Shown here: piece after piece, positions 7,919 to 18,527 of the stretch | Position numbering within the stretch: the first letter of the stretch is position 1 | Layout of the letters: every line of letters starts with the position of its first letter | NCBI GenBank assembly: GCA_029100545.1 | Contig: JAQXPH010000010.1 | Span: 1-61,601 of the forward strand | Direction of reading: 5' to 3' | DNA length: 61,601 nucleotides | Source: a bacterium | Lineage (GTDB): Bacteria > Bacillota_I > Bacilli_A > RF39 > UBA660 | Position numbers and translations under genes: made by a program | Notes under the pieces: generated by a model | What the model was told of the DNA's origin: nothing | What the model saw: only the letters and a program-made list of their open reading frames with translations | Database searches by the model: none

Positions 7919-8323
7919 CTATATTATTATTTCATCCTTTGAAAGATGCCACTGCTTTATTGATACTACCACATCATTTGCTGAAGCCATTGCTACACCT
8001 TTTAATAAATCTTTTACTTTATATTTATCTCCAGGATTTAAAAATATTTGACTTCCACCCATAGAAGAAGCTTCCTGACTAATTTCTACTATATCATCAT
8101 ATTTTATTACTCCTTCATCAATTTTTTCCATAATTAGTAGTAAACTCATTATTTTTGTCATAGAGGCCATTGCAAGTTTTTCATTTTCATTTTTTTTATA
8201 TAAAACTTTTCCAGTATTTTGATCTATTAATATTGCACTTTTCGCACTAATCTCCATTTCTGCAGCATTTACTGGAAGTAAAAATGAAAACATTAATAAA
8301 ATAATTAAAATTATTTTTTTCAT
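7919..8323 (-). pseudogene. dacF: 5' half of a DacF-like D-Ala-D-Ala carboxypeptidase (peptidase S11), truncated after the SxN motif
   Basis: Signal peptide, ASMTK (SxxK), ASSMGGSQIFL, ASAND (SxN), then unrelated residues and a stop; KTG motif and C-terminal domain absent. Confidence 0.8.
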
Positions 8324-8428
8324 AAACACCTACCTTATAGTAATTTTTATTACTATTTTTATAAAAAATGACTATTTTATTTGAAATGATTACTTATTTT
8401 GATATAATTTTTATAGGAAGGTGAAAAC

Positions 8429-9988
8429 GTGTCAAAGAAAAAAGAAAAGAAAGAAATATATAAGTCTTCAAAATGGTTATTAGTTTTTTTAATTGCAATA
8501 TTATCTATAATGGTAGTAATTCGTAATAAAACACTTGATAATGATATATGGTATTTACTTTCTGAAGGAAGACATATTCTAAATAATGGTTTATATCATA
8601 TTGATCCACTATCAATGCATGAAGGATTAAATGTTGTAGTTCAAAATTGGCTTTCTGCTTCAGTATTATGGGTTATATATGACTTCTTCGGAGAAATGGG
8701 ATTACTTTTACTTATAGTACTTTGTAATATAGCAATATGTGTTTTATTATATAAAATATGTTATTTAATTAGTGAAGAAAATAAAATATTATCAACTATT
8801 ATAATGTTTATTTGTGATATGACTTTAATAACTCATTTTATAGTATCAAGACCTCAAATATTTAGTTATATTACATTACTTGGTCTTATTTATGCCTTAG
8901 AATTATATATTCATAAAAAAGATAAAAAATATTTAATTTGGATACCAATAATATCATTTATTCAAATTAATATGCATGCATCTTTATGGATAATGCTATT
9001 TCTATTTATATTATGTTATGTTATTGATTCATTTCATTGTAAAAATTTAAGATTACAAGGTTATGAAAAAAAACCACTTTTTATTGCTATTATTATCGCT
9101 ATTTTAGTAGGTTTTATAAATCCATATGGTTATAAAGCAATAACATTTATATTTGGAAGTTTTTTAGATAGTTATATGCGAATATTTATTAAAGAATTAC
9201 TTCCATTTAGTATTAATAATGATTTATGTAAACATATGGCAATAATAATATTAATTATTGGTCTTATTTATACATATTTTAGAGAAGGAAATGTAAAAGT
9301 AAGATATATTTGTTTATTTTGCGGAACAATGATACTAGGATTCATGGCAATTAAAGGATTTAGTAATTTTATATTAGTGGCCTTTTTCCCACTTGCATAT
9401 TTTTTCAAAGATATGGTTCCTAAAGATTTAAGAAATGTATTTTTACCAGTTCAAAAAATAATTAATATAATATTTATTAGTTTTGCTTGTTTAGTTATAA
9501 TTGGATTTGGCTATGTATATATTTCAAATAAAAACACAATTACTTTAAAACATAATGCACAAGGAGCTATTGATACGCTTTTAAAATATACTGATAAAGA
9601 AGATGCTACTGTATATTCATCATTTAATGATGGTGGTTATGTAGAGTTTAGAGGATTAAAAGCTTATATAGATCCTAGAGCAGAATATTATTTAAAGAAG
9701 AATAATGGCAAAGCAGATATTTTTAAAGAATTTTATGATTTACAACATGGTTCTTTAGATACTAAAGAATTTATTAAAAAATATAATTTTACACACTTGC
9801 TTGTCGCAGATACAGATTATTTATATAATAAAATAAATACTGAAACTGATAATTATTTTATACTTTATGATAATACTGAACTTGGTTATAGATTATATTG
9901 CAGAAATGATATGTTTAGTGATGAAGAAAGAAAAAAAGTAATAGATAGTTATAATAAAGTTATTGAAGAAGCTAAAAAGAATCAATAA
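8429..9988 (+). CDS. Polytopic membrane protein, probable GT-C (lipid-phosphate-sugar dependent) glycosyltransferase
   Basis: Many TM helices; DNDIWY after TM1, RPQIFS, NMHAS, INPYG, C-terminal extracellular domain with YIDPRAE. Confidence 0.55.
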   Translation: MSKKKEKKEIYKSSKWLLVFLIAILSIMVVIRNKTLDNDIWYLLSEGRHILNNGLYHIDPLSMHEGLNVVVQNWLSASVLWVIYDFFGEMGLLLLIVLCNIAICVLLYKICYLISEENKILSTIIMFICDMTLITHFIVSRPQIFSYITLLGLIYALELYIHKKDKKYLIWIPIISFIQINMHASLWIMLFLFILCYVIDSFHCKNLRLQGYEKKPLFIAIIIAILVGFINPYGYKAITFIFGSFLDSYMRIFIKELLPFSINNDLCKHMAIIILIIGLIYTYFREGNVKVRYICLFCGTMILGFMAIKGFSNFILVAFFPLAYFFKDMVPKDLRNVFLPVQKIINIIFISFACLVIIGFGYVYISNKNTITLKHNAQGAIDTLLKYTDKEDATVYSSFNDGGYVEFRGLKAYIDPRAEYYLKKNNGKADIFKEFYDLQHGSLDTKEFIKKYNFTHLLVADTDYLYNKINTETDNYFILYDNTELGYRLYCRNDMFSDEERKKVIDSYNKVIEEAKKNQ

Positions 9989-10017
9989 AAAAGGTTACAT
10001 TTAATTTAGTAGCCTTT
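9988..10017. terminator. Bidirectional terminator between convergent genes
   Basis: AAAAGGTTAC-loop-GTAGCCTTTT hairpin flanked by A/T runs. Confidence 0.55.
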
Positions 10018-10256
10018 TATTTTTGAATTTTTTTTAATAATTTATAATAGCCTATATTATTTTCATAATAATCTAATTTTTTTTCACTTTCATTTATTAT
10101 TTTACCAACATAACTTTTAGATACATTTTTTAAATTAGATATTTCACTTAAAGATAAATTTTCATTAAAATATAAATCTAATATATCTTGTTTTTTTTCT
10201 GTAAATAAACATTTATAAATATTAAAAAGTTCAATATAATATAAAAATTTTTCCAT
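10017..10256 (-). CDS. ylxM: YlxM/p13-like SRP-associated HTH protein
   Basis: LFNIYKCLFTEKKQDILDLYFNENLSLSEIS; directly after ftsY (TAATG overlap). Confidence 0.75.
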   Translation of the reverse strand: MEKFLYYIELFNIYKCLFTEKKQDILDLYFNENLSLSEISNLKNVSKSYVGKIINESEKKLDYYENNIGYYKLLKKIQK

Positions 10257-11239
10257 TATAATAAATCCTTAAATAAACCATATATATAGTTTTCTATATC
10301 AAAGTTTTCTAAATCAGTCATTTTTTCTCCAAGACCAATAAATTTAACTGGTATTCCAACACTTTCTTTGATTGCAAGAACTATTCCCCCTTTAGCAGTA
10401 CTATCAAGTTTGGTAAGTACAATACCTGTTATATTAGTAATTTTTTTAAATTCAGTAGCTTGCATAATACCATTTTGACCAGTTGTTGCATCTATTACTA
10501 AAAGAGTTTCATGAGGTGCATTAGGTATTAATTTACCAATTACTCGATTAATTTTTTCAAGTTCAGCCATAAGATTTACTTTATTTTGAAGCCTTCCTGC
10601 AGTATCCACTAAAACAATATCATTATTTTTTTCAATTGCTTTAGATATTCCATCATATATTACACCTGCTGGATCAATATTCTCTTTTCCATAAAATGAA
10701 GTTCCAACTTTTTCAGACCAAATTTTAAGTTGTTCAGTTGCTCCAGCTCTAAATGTATCACCCGCAACCATCATAACACTTTTACCCATATTTTTAAATT
10801 TATATGCAAGTTTAGCAATAGTTGTTGTTTTACCAACACCATTTACTCCAACTACGAGAATAACGGTTGGACCATTTTCATTATAATTTATTTTATCTGT
10901 TAAATTTTCATTATTTACATAAATTATAAATAGTTCATCGACAATAACTTCATTTAAATATTTTGTATCACTAATATTTTCTTTCTTAACTCTTGCTCTT
11001 AATTTATCCATAAAATTAAAAACTGTGTTTACACCAATATCTGCAGAAATTAATATTTTTTCAAGTTCATCAAAATACTGTTCACTTACTTTATTATATT
11101 TAATACCAAGTAAACTTAATTTTGAAACAAATTCATTTCTAGTTTTTTCAAGTCCTTCATCATATTTTTTTACTTCTTCAGAAACATTTTTATCTTTATT
11201 TGAAGTAAATTTTTCTTTAATTTTGCTAAAAAATGACAT
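10256..11239 (-). CDS. ftsY: SRP receptor FtsY
   Basis: GVNGVGKTTTIAKLA, DTFRAGA, DTAGRLQNK, TKLDSTAKGG. Confidence 0.97.
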   Translation of the reverse strand: MSFFSKIKEKFTSNKDKNVSEEVKKYDEGLEKTRNEFVSKLSLLGIKYNKVSEQYFDELEKILISADIGVNTVFNFMDKLRARVKKENISDTKYLNEVIVDELFIIYVNNENLTDKINYNENGPTVILVVGVNGVGKTTTIAKLAYKFKNMGKSVMMVAGDTFRAGATEQLKIWSEKVGTSFYGKENIDPAGVIYDGISKAIEKNNDIVLVDTAGRLQNKVNLMAELEKINRVIGKLIPNAPHETLLVIDATTGQNGIMQATEFKKITNITGIVLTKLDSTAKGGIVLAIKESVGIPVKFIGLGEKMTDLENFDIENYIYGLFKDLL

Positions 11240-11955
11240 TATAACTCCACATTATGATAAATATTTGAAACATCTTCTACATCATTAAGCATTTTTAATA
11301 GAAGTTCAAATTTTTCTTTATCTTCACCTTCTAAAGTAACTTTTTCTTTTGCAAACATACCAACTTCATCATATAAATAATCTATATCTGGTATAATACT
11401 TTCAATGGCATCTTTTAATTTATTTTCATCTGTTGGATTTACAGAAATAGTAATAATACCATTTTCTTCTTCAAAATCAATTGGTTCAATATTATTTTCA
11501 ATTAATCTATCAAGTATTTCTTCACTATTGTCATATTTAAATGATACTACTCCAAGATAATCATAATTATATGCTACACTATTTTTAACTCCCAAACTTT
11601 TATGAATTTTATTAAATGCCGCTCTTACAAAACCAACTGTACGATTAACATTATCTGTTAAGCATTTAATTATTAAAGTTGATGCTCCAGGTCCAAATCC
11701 TTCATAAATTACTTCTTCGTATTCTTCTTGACCCATACCTTTTGCTTTATCAATAGCTCTATTAATTATATCTGTAGGAACTTCTTGTTTTTTTGCTTTT
11801 TCTATTATTCTTTTTAAAACAATATTAGAATCTGGATCAGGTGATCCTTTTTTAGCAGCTAAATAAATTTCTTTGGCAAATGTTGTATAAATTTTTCCTT
11901 TTGCTGCTCCAGTTTTTTGTATACTAGATTTTCTTACTTCATATGCTCTTCCCAT
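11239..11955 (-). CDS. YebC/PmpR family protein
   Basis: MGRAYEVRK, YEGFGPG, CLTDNVNRT, EDVSNIYHN. Confidence 0.93.
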   Translation of the reverse strand: MGRAYEVRKSSIQKTGAAKGKIYTTFAKEIYLAAKKGSPDPDSNIVLKRIIEKAKKQEVPTDIINRAIDKAKGMGQEEYEEVIYEGFGPGASTLIIKCLTDNVNRTVGFVRAAFNKIHKSLGVKNSVAYNYDYLGVVSFKYDNSEEILDRLIENNIEPIDFEEENGIITISVNPTDENKLKDAIESIIPDIDYLYDEVGMFAKEKVTLEGEDKEKFELLLKMLNDVEDVSNIYHNVEL

Positions 11956-12049
11956 ATTAATCCTTCTTTCTTTAAAAAATTATATTATCTACTTTTATTT
12001 TTTGCAAGTAAACACTTTATATTATACCAAAAAGATATATAAAAAAAAA

Positions 12050-12433
12050 CTAATTATGTTTTTCAATAATTAGTTTTCTAGTTATAAAATTATATATCAT
12101 TACAATAACTGTTGCAAATAATTTTACAATCATAACATCAATATTCATTTTTATACTTCCAATATATATCAAAAGTTCATTAATACCTAGTCCAACTACA
12201 CTTAAAAGCACAAATATAATTACTTCTTTAGGTGTTTGTTTTTTGGCTTCAAATACCCATTTAATACTTGCAAAATAGTTAAATGTTAAAGATATTACAA
12301 ATGATATTGCTGCACTTATTAGTTCATTTAAACCTATTACTTTAGCAAGTAAAAATAAAATACTATAATCAATTAGAAATGCAGTGCCTCCAACAATACC
12401 AAATTTAAATAATTGTTTAATTAATTTTTTCAT
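12050..12433 (-). CDS. GtrA family flippase
   Basis: QLFKFGIVGG..IDY, four TM helices, YNFITRK. Confidence 0.9.
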   Translation of the reverse strand: MKKLIKQLFKFGIVGGTAFLIDYSILFLLAKVIGLNELISAAISFVISLTFNYFASIKWVFEAKKQTPKEVIIFVLLSVVGLGINELLIYIGSIKMNIDVMIVKLFATVIVMIYNFITRKLIIEKHN

Positions 12434-13338
12434 TTTTCTTCTTTCAATGTATTCATCATTATTTCATAAAGTTGTTTATGTTTTTTAGCGATTACTCCTA
12501 AAATAATACCACATGTATATAACATTAAAGAAATTAAAAATAACATTGCAAAAATAGTAAATCTAATGGTATGCATAGAAATATTTGACATTACAGGAAT
12601 TCCTAATATTAAACTAATAATTAATGATAAAGTGCCAAGAATACCAAAAAATGCCATTGGACGATATTCTTTAAATAAAGTTGCAATAGTTTTTAATACT
12701 TTAAAACCATCTTTATAAGTATTTAATTTTGATACACTACCTTCAGGTCGATCTTTATAATTAACTGGAACTTCTACTAAATGATAATTTTTATCAACAG
12801 CATGAATAGTCATTTCAGTTTCAATTTCAAATCCTTTAGAAAGCACTGGAAATCCTTTTACAAAATCATAACTAAATGCACGATATCCAGTCATTATATC
12901 TTTAACTTTATTATGAAATAATTTATTAATAAGTAGTCTTACTAATTTATTTCCTAAATTATGAAATGGTCTTTTATTTTCTGTAAAATATGTTGAAGAT
13001 AATCTATCTCCAATAACCATATCAGCTTTCTTTTCAAGTATTAAATCGCACATTTCTCTAGCATTTTCAGCAGGATATGTATCATCTCCATCAATCATAA
13101 TATAACACTGAGCATCAATATCTCTAAACATTGAACGTATTACATTACCTTTACCTTGTTTATATTCATAAACAACTTTAGCGCCAGCTTTTCTAGCAAT
13201 TTCATCAGTATGATCAGTTGAATTATTATCATACACATAAATTGTTGCTTCAGGAAGTGCTTTTTTATAATCTTTTACAACCTTAGCAACTGTTTTTGAT
13301 TCATTATAGCAAGGAATCAATACTGCAATTTTGTCCAT
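12430..13338 (-). CDS. GT2 undecaprenyl-phosphate glycosyltransferase (GtrB/DPM1-like)
   Basis: VLIPCYNE, YDNNSTD, QGKG, IDGDDTY, two C-terminal TM helices. Confidence 0.9.
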   Translation of the reverse strand: MDKIAVLIPCYNESKTVAKVVKDYKKALPEATIYVYDNNSTDHTDEIARKAGAKVVYEYKQGKGNVIRSMFRDIDAQCYIMIDGDDTYPAENAREMCDLILEKKADMVIGDRLSSTYFTENKRPFHNLGNKLVRLLINKLFHNKVKDIMTGYRAFSYDFVKGFPVLSKGFEIETEMTIHAVDKNYHLVEVPVNYKDRPEGSVSKLNTYKDGFKVLKTIATLFKEYRPMAFFGILGTLSLIISLILGIPVMSNISMHTIRFTIFAMLFLISLMLYTCGIILGVIAKKHKQLYEIMMNTLKEEK

Positions 13339-13461
13339 AAAACCTCATTTCTTATTTTTATAATACCACATATTTATTAATATAGCAAAGATAATAATAT
13401 AATAGAAATAAAAAATACCAGAAATTAAAATCTGATATTTTTTTATTTAATAAAATAAATT

Positions 13462-14187
13462 TTATTTTTTAAACATAAATACAATATTATTTTTGATAAA
13501 TCTTCCTATTCTTTTAGGTTCACAAATAATTCTATATAACCATTCTAAATTTAACTTTATAAATATATGAGGAGCTCTTTTTTTACATCCACTTAATACA
13601 TCAAAAGTTCCACCTACTCCAATATATATACCTTTATCTACTTTATCTATATATTTATTAATAAATAATTCTTGATTAGGAACACCTAATGCAATCATAC
13701 ATATATCTGGTTTTTTATTAATTATTTCTTTCATTACTTTGTCTTTATTTTTAACATAACCATCTGAATATCCTAAAATATTTATATTAGGATAGTTACT
13801 TTTTATTTTTTCTATTAATTTAGATATAACTTCTTTTTTTGCCCCAAATAAATATAAAGAATTTTTATTTTTATTAGCTTCTTTTAAAAGAAATTCACTT
13901 ATATCTACTCCAGTTATTCTTTCTTTAATATCAATGTTATACTTTTTAGTTTTTTTTACAACTGATATCCCATCAGGAACTAAACTATTATTTTTGTTAA
14001 TAAGCATTTCTTTTATTTCATTGTTTTTTTCTGAATTCATTATTATTTCAGGATTAACAGTAATTATAAATTTTTTATCATTATTTTTTAATAATTTTCT
14101 TAAATAATTAAAATATTCTTCTTTACTTTTATTATAAATATTTTCAAATATTTCTTGCATATTATTCATCCTTTTTAATATAATCAA
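13462..14187 (-). CDS. tagA: WecB/TagA/CpsF family (GT26) ManNAc transferase
   Basis: ITVNPE, PDGISVV, ERITGVD, ALGVPNQE, GVGGTFDV, KRAP..LEWLYR. Confidence 0.9.
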   Translation of the reverse strand: MIILKRMNNMQEIFENIYNKSKEEYFNYLRKLLKNNDKKFIITVNPEIIMNSEKNNEIKEMLINKNNSLVPDGISVVKKTKKYNIDIKERITGVDISEFLLKEANKNKNSLYLFGAKKEVISKLIEKIKSNYPNINILGYSDGYVKNKDKVMKEIINKKPDICMIALGVPNQELFINKYIDKVDKGIYIGVGGTFDVLSGCKKRAPHIFIKLNLEWLYRIICEPKRIGRFIKNNIVFMFKK

Positions 14188-15439
14188 TTATTACTTTAGC
14201 TTTATTACTCCAATCATTTTCTTTAGCTTCTTTTTTTAATAATTCAATATATTTTTTATCATTTCTTTTTCCATAAGCAATATCAATTTTTTTAATAAAA
14301 TCTTCATGATTTTTACCTATTAATACAGATTTATATTTACGACATTCTATCATATCTGTAGTAATAATTGGCTTTCCTAACGCCATATATTCAAAAAGTT
14401 TTACAGGACTAGTTGATGCAGTAATATCATTTAAAACAAAAGGAATCATCATTACATCCACTTTACTTGCATAATTTTTTAATATTTTATAATCTCTTGG
14501 TCCAAAAAAATAAACATTTTTTAATTTATCTATTTCAGATTTATCAAAACTATCATCATATTTAATTCCAAATAAAATAATATTATATTTATCTAAATCA
14601 TTAATTTTTTTTATTAAATCATAATCAAACCAAGATGCTAATGCACCATAATAACAAATACATGGTTTATTTAAACATTTTTTAAATTCTTTTTCTAATT
14701 TAAAGTTCTTATCAATTTGTTGAAAAAATTCATAATCAACGCCATTTGATGAAAAAATTAAATTATCTTTTCCTCTTTTATTAATTACATCTTCTTTCAA
14801 ATTATCAGCAGTTACTACAACATAAATATTTTCTTTATGATTCATTACATATTCATATTTATCAGATATATTTTTAGGAAGATCTTTAGTACCAGAAAGT
14901 ACTGGAGAAATATGATCAATATATTCATATATAAATTTATATCCATTATTTAAATACCATTCAATATTTTGAATAGATAATTTCCAATCAGTTGAATAAA
15001 GTTGAATATATTTTGGCTTATTAATATTACTTAAACATTTTGTTAATATTTTGTTTAATGCTTTATTATTATAATTAAATAAATATAAATTATCACTATA
15101 ATTTTTATATATTTTAACTTTATCAGTCATTGTAGTAACTTCATAAAAAACTAAGCATTTGTTTTTACTTAAATTATTAGCAATATGTTGAGGTCTTTGG
15201 AATAAAGGAACATTATAACCAAAACTACTACGCCATAAAATGATTCTTTCATAATTATTATTTAATAAAATATCATTTATTTCTCTTTCATATTTACCTT
15301 TATTAAATATTGTTTTAAAACTTATTTTATCTAAATAATTTGCAATTATATATGCTTTTAATTTTTTACAAAATCCTTTAAAACCATATTTTTTATACAC
15401 ATTAATTAATTTTGATATTTTCTCTTTCATTATTACCAA
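14162..15439 (-). CDS. GT-B glycosyltransferase (TuaH-like)
   Basis: FQRPQHIA, YEYIDH, NGVDYEFF, YYGALASWFD, SPVKLFEYMALGKPII. Confidence 0.85.
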   Translation of the reverse strand: MVIMKEKISKLINVYKKYGFKGFCKKLKAYIIANYLDKISFKTIFNKGKYEREINDILLNNNYERIILWRSSFGYNVPLFQRPQHIANNLSKNKCLVFYEVTTMTDKVKIYKNYSDNLYLFNYNNKALNKILTKCLSNINKPKYIQLYSTDWKLSIQNIEWYLNNGYKFIYEYIDHISPVLSGTKDLPKNISDKYEYVMNHKENIYVVVTADNLKEDVINKRGKDNLIFSSNGVDYEFFQQIDKNFKLEKEFKKCLNKPCICYYGALASWFDYDLIKKINDLDKYNIILFGIKYDDSFDKSEIDKLKNVYFFGPRDYKILKNYASKVDVMMIPFVLNDITASTSPVKLFEYMALGKPIITTDMIECRKYKSVLIGKNHEDFIKKIDIAYGKRNDKKYIELLKKEAKENDWSNKAKVIIDYIKKDE

Positions 15440-15490
15440 CTTTCTAAAGTTATTATACCATTATATTAAAAAAAATAGAAATTTTATATT

Positions 15491-16603
15491 CTACTTTTTA
15501 AATTTTTCAATTATTGCATCAACAATATACTTACTAGCATGTCCATCTCCATATGGATTTGACGATTTACTCATTTTTTCATATTCTTCTTTATCAGTTA
15601 ATAATTTTTTTGTTTCTTCATATATTACATTTTCATCAGTTCCAACTAGTTTTAATGTTCCAGCTTCTATACCTTCAGGTCTTTCAGTAGTATCTCTTAA
15701 AACTAATACTGGTTTTCCTAAACTTGGTGCCTCTTCTTGAATTCCACCACTATCTGTTAAAATAATATAACTTTTATTTTGGAAATTATGAAAATCAAAT
15801 ACTTCAAGTGGTTCAATAAGTTTTACTCTATCACAATCCTTAAATACTTCATTTGCAACACTTCTAACTTTAGGATTTAAATGAATTGGATATATTACTT
15901 TTACATCACTAAATTCATCAACTATTCTTTTAATTGCATTAAATATATGTCTCATTGGTTCTCCCAAATTTTCTCTCCTATGAGCAGTTAAAAGAATCAT
16001 TCTTTCATTACTTTTTATCCAATCAAGTTCTGGATGTTGATAATTCTCATCAACAGTCGTAGCCATTGCATCAATTGCAGTATTTCCAGTTACATATATT
16101 TTTTCTTCTTCAATATTTTCTTTTAATAAATTTGCTTTACTAATATTAGTTGGAGCAAAATACATATCAGTCATACAATCAACCATTTGACGATTCATTT
16201 CTTCTGGAAATGGTGAATACTTATCATTTGTTCTAAGTCCAGCTTCAACATGTCCAATAGCAACTTGATTATAAAAAGCAGCAAGTGCTCCAGCAAATGT
16301 TGTTGTTGTATCACCATGAACTAAAACTATATCAGGTTTAACTTCTTTAATTATTCCTTCAATACCAGTTAGAGCTCTAGTTGTTATATCACCAAGTGTT
16401 TGACCATCTTTCATAATATTTAAATCATAATCTGGTTTAATTTTAAATGTTTCTAAAACTTGATCAAGCATTTGTCTATGTTGTGCAGTAACACAAACAA
16501 TACTTTCTATTTCATTTCTTTTTTCTAATTCTTTAACAAGTGGAGCCATTTTTATAGCTTCAGGTCTTGTTCCAAATATACTCATTACTTTAATTTTTGA
16601 CAT
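15491..16603 (-). CDS. wecB: UDP-N-acetylglucosamine 2-epimerase (non-hydrolysing)
   Basis: FGTRPEAIKMAP, HGDTTT, HVEAGLR, TDSGGIQEEAP, TERPEG. Start set at ATG 16603 with AGGAG RBS. Confidence 0.96.
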   Translation of the reverse strand: MSKIKVMSIFGTRPEAIKMAPLVKELEKRNEIESIVCVTAQHRQMLDQVLETFKIKPDYDLNIMKDGQTLGDITTRALTGIEGIIKEVKPDIVLVHGDTTTTFAGALAAFYNQVAIGHVEAGLRTNDKYSPFPEEMNRQMVDCMTDMYFAPTNISKANLLKENIEEEKIYVTGNTAIDAMATTVDENYQHPELDWIKSNERMILLTAHRRENLGEPMRHIFNAIKRIVDEFSDVKVIYPIHLNPKVRSVANEVFKDCDRVKLIEPLEVFDFHNFQNKSYIILTDSGGIQEEAPSLGKPVLVLRDTTERPEGIEAGTLKLVGTDENVIYEETKKLLTDKEEYEKMSKSSNPYGDGHASKYIVDAIIEKFKK

Positions 16604-17200
16604 TTTAGCACTCCTATTTAACAAATTTTTTATAATTTCATGAACTTTATTTGTCCATATGTTTTCCAATGCTTCTTTACGCAATATTTTTTTATAGTCT
16701 TCATCATTTTCTTTTTTAATTGCAAGTTCTAATTTATCTATAAATTCTTAATGATTTTTTCCTATTAATACTGATTTATATTTACGACATTCTATCATAT
16801 CTGTAGTAATAATTAGCTTGCCTAATACCATATATTCAAAAAGTTTTACAGGACTAGTTGATGCAATAATATCATTTAATACAAAAATAATCATCTTTAC
16901 ATCCACTTTTCTTACATAATTTTTTAATATTTTATAAAAAATAAACATTTTTAAATTTATCTAATATTTTGTTTAATGTTTTATTATTAAAAAATAAATA
17001 AATACAAATTATCACTATACTTTATTTTAACTTTATCAGTCATTGTAGTAACTTCATAAAAAACTAATCATTTGTTTTCACTTAAATTATTAGCAATATA
17101 TTGAGGTATTTGGAATAAAGAAACATTATAGCCAAAACTACTACGCCATAAAATAATTCTTTCATAATTATTATTTAATAAAATATCATTTATTTCTCTT
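16590..17200 (-). pseudogene. Decayed second copy of the TuaH-like glycosyltransferase
   Basis: 16750-16960 is near-identical to 14308-14530 and 16960-17200 to 15045-15290 (internal deletion of about 0.5 kb), with stops and frameshifts; divergent 3' end KLELAIKKENDEDYKKILRKEALENIWTNKV. Confidence 0.9.
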
Positions 17201-17371
17201 TAATTATTACCTTCTTTATAACATAAGAATAACATTACTAATGTTTTTTGGCAACTTTCATTTTATAAATTATCACACATTCTTTAAATTTATTATGATA
17301 TGATTAAAAAAGCATCAAAATTTTGATGCTAATTTCTAACTATTCTGCTCAATTTTTAAACAGATATTATA

Positions 17372-18463
17372 CTATTTTTGTTTTTCTTCAATTAATTCTA
17401 TTAATTTGTTAATCCTATTATTGTTTATTCTTTCAAAGTCAACTTTATAATCATTATTTTGTTTATTTAAATTTTTTAATAAATCTATTAGTTCTTTCTT
17501 ATCTTTAACTATTTTAAAGAAATCTTTTACATCAATTTCATTATCTGTTACCGGAATTGTTGTAATAAATGATTTATTTAAAACAAGTGCCTCATTGTAT
17601 ATAACTGGAAATCCTTCGTACTTAGAAGTCAAAATTAGATAATCAGAATTTTTTATATATGGATAAGGATTAATAGTTTCTCCCAATAATTTAATTTGAT
17701 TATTTAAATTATATTTTTGAATAAACTTTTCTATATTGTTTTTATATGTTCCACTACCAACAAAAAATAAATTTAAATTTGGATTATTTGCTATTCTAAA
17801 GCTATCTAATAATAAATCAAAATTTTTACTAGAATTATCCAATCTTCCAACATATAAAATATTTATTTTACTAGCGCTAAATTTAAAATTGACTATTTTT
17901 TTTGATAATTTAATAATGTTTTTATAATCTATTAAATTATTTATAACTTTTGTATTTATATTATTATATATTTTACAAAAGTTATCCCTGCTTTCATTTG
18001 AAACAAATATTACATTTTTAAATTTTGATACATTAATTGAATTAAAAAAACATTTAATTTTTTCTATATCTTTTTCATAAAAATTATAGTAGTCACTATG
18101 AACATATAAACTATTATTTTTCGAAGCTATCAAAGCAAGTCTTGAACATGAAAGTGAATAAGTTGCATAACAACAACTAAAATCAAAATAATTTTTTTTA
18201 AATAACTTCCAAAATAAACGTTTTAAATAATTATAACTTTTTCGAAAAAAAGGATTAGTATTTTTAGATATTTTATATTCTTTAATAGTAATATTATCAT
18301 TAACTAAATTTAATAATGGTCCCGTTTTCTCCTCAAGATATAAATATACCTTATAAATTTTTGATAATTCATTTATTAAAATAATTAGTGACTTTTCCAT
18401 ACCACCTATTTCTAGATTCTTTGAAAAAAATGCTACTTTTTTCATATTTACCTCCAAAAACAA
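17372..18463 (-). CDS. GT4 glycosyltransferase
   Basis: IGGMEKSL, YVGRLD, NPYPYI, SKYEGFPVIYNEAL. Confidence 0.9.
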   Translation of the reverse strand: MFLEVNMKKVAFFSKNLEIGGMEKSLIILINELSKIYKVYLYLEEKTGPLLNLVNDNITIKEYKISKNTNPFFRKSYNYLKRLFWKLFKKNYFDFSCCYATYSLSCSRLALIASKNNSLYVHSDYYNFYEKDIEKIKCFFNSINVSKFKNVIFVSNESRDNFCKIYNNINTKVINNLIDYKNIIKLSKKIVNFKFSASKINILYVGRLDNSSKNFDLLLDSFRIANNPNLNLFFVGSGTYKNNIEKFIQKYNLNNQIKLLGETINPYPYIKNSDYLILTSKYEGFPVIYNEALVLNKSFITTIPVTDNEIDVKDFFKIVKDKKELIDLLKNLNKQNNDYKVDFERINNNRINKLIELIEEKQK

Positions 18464-18527
18464 ATTAAATATTTAAAAAATAAAAAGAAGATAAATTAAT
18501 ATCTTTTATAATCATAATATTTTTATA

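Noticed and set aside
10017-10256. ylxM not followed by ffh
   Set aside because: Simple rearrangement is sufficient; ffh status cannot be judged from this window.
16604-16948. 27-aa N-terminal extension of WecB and the 66-aa ORF 16748-16948 as real proteins
   Set aside because: Both are pieces of the decayed glycosyltransferase copy; wecB has its own RBS and ATG at 16603.
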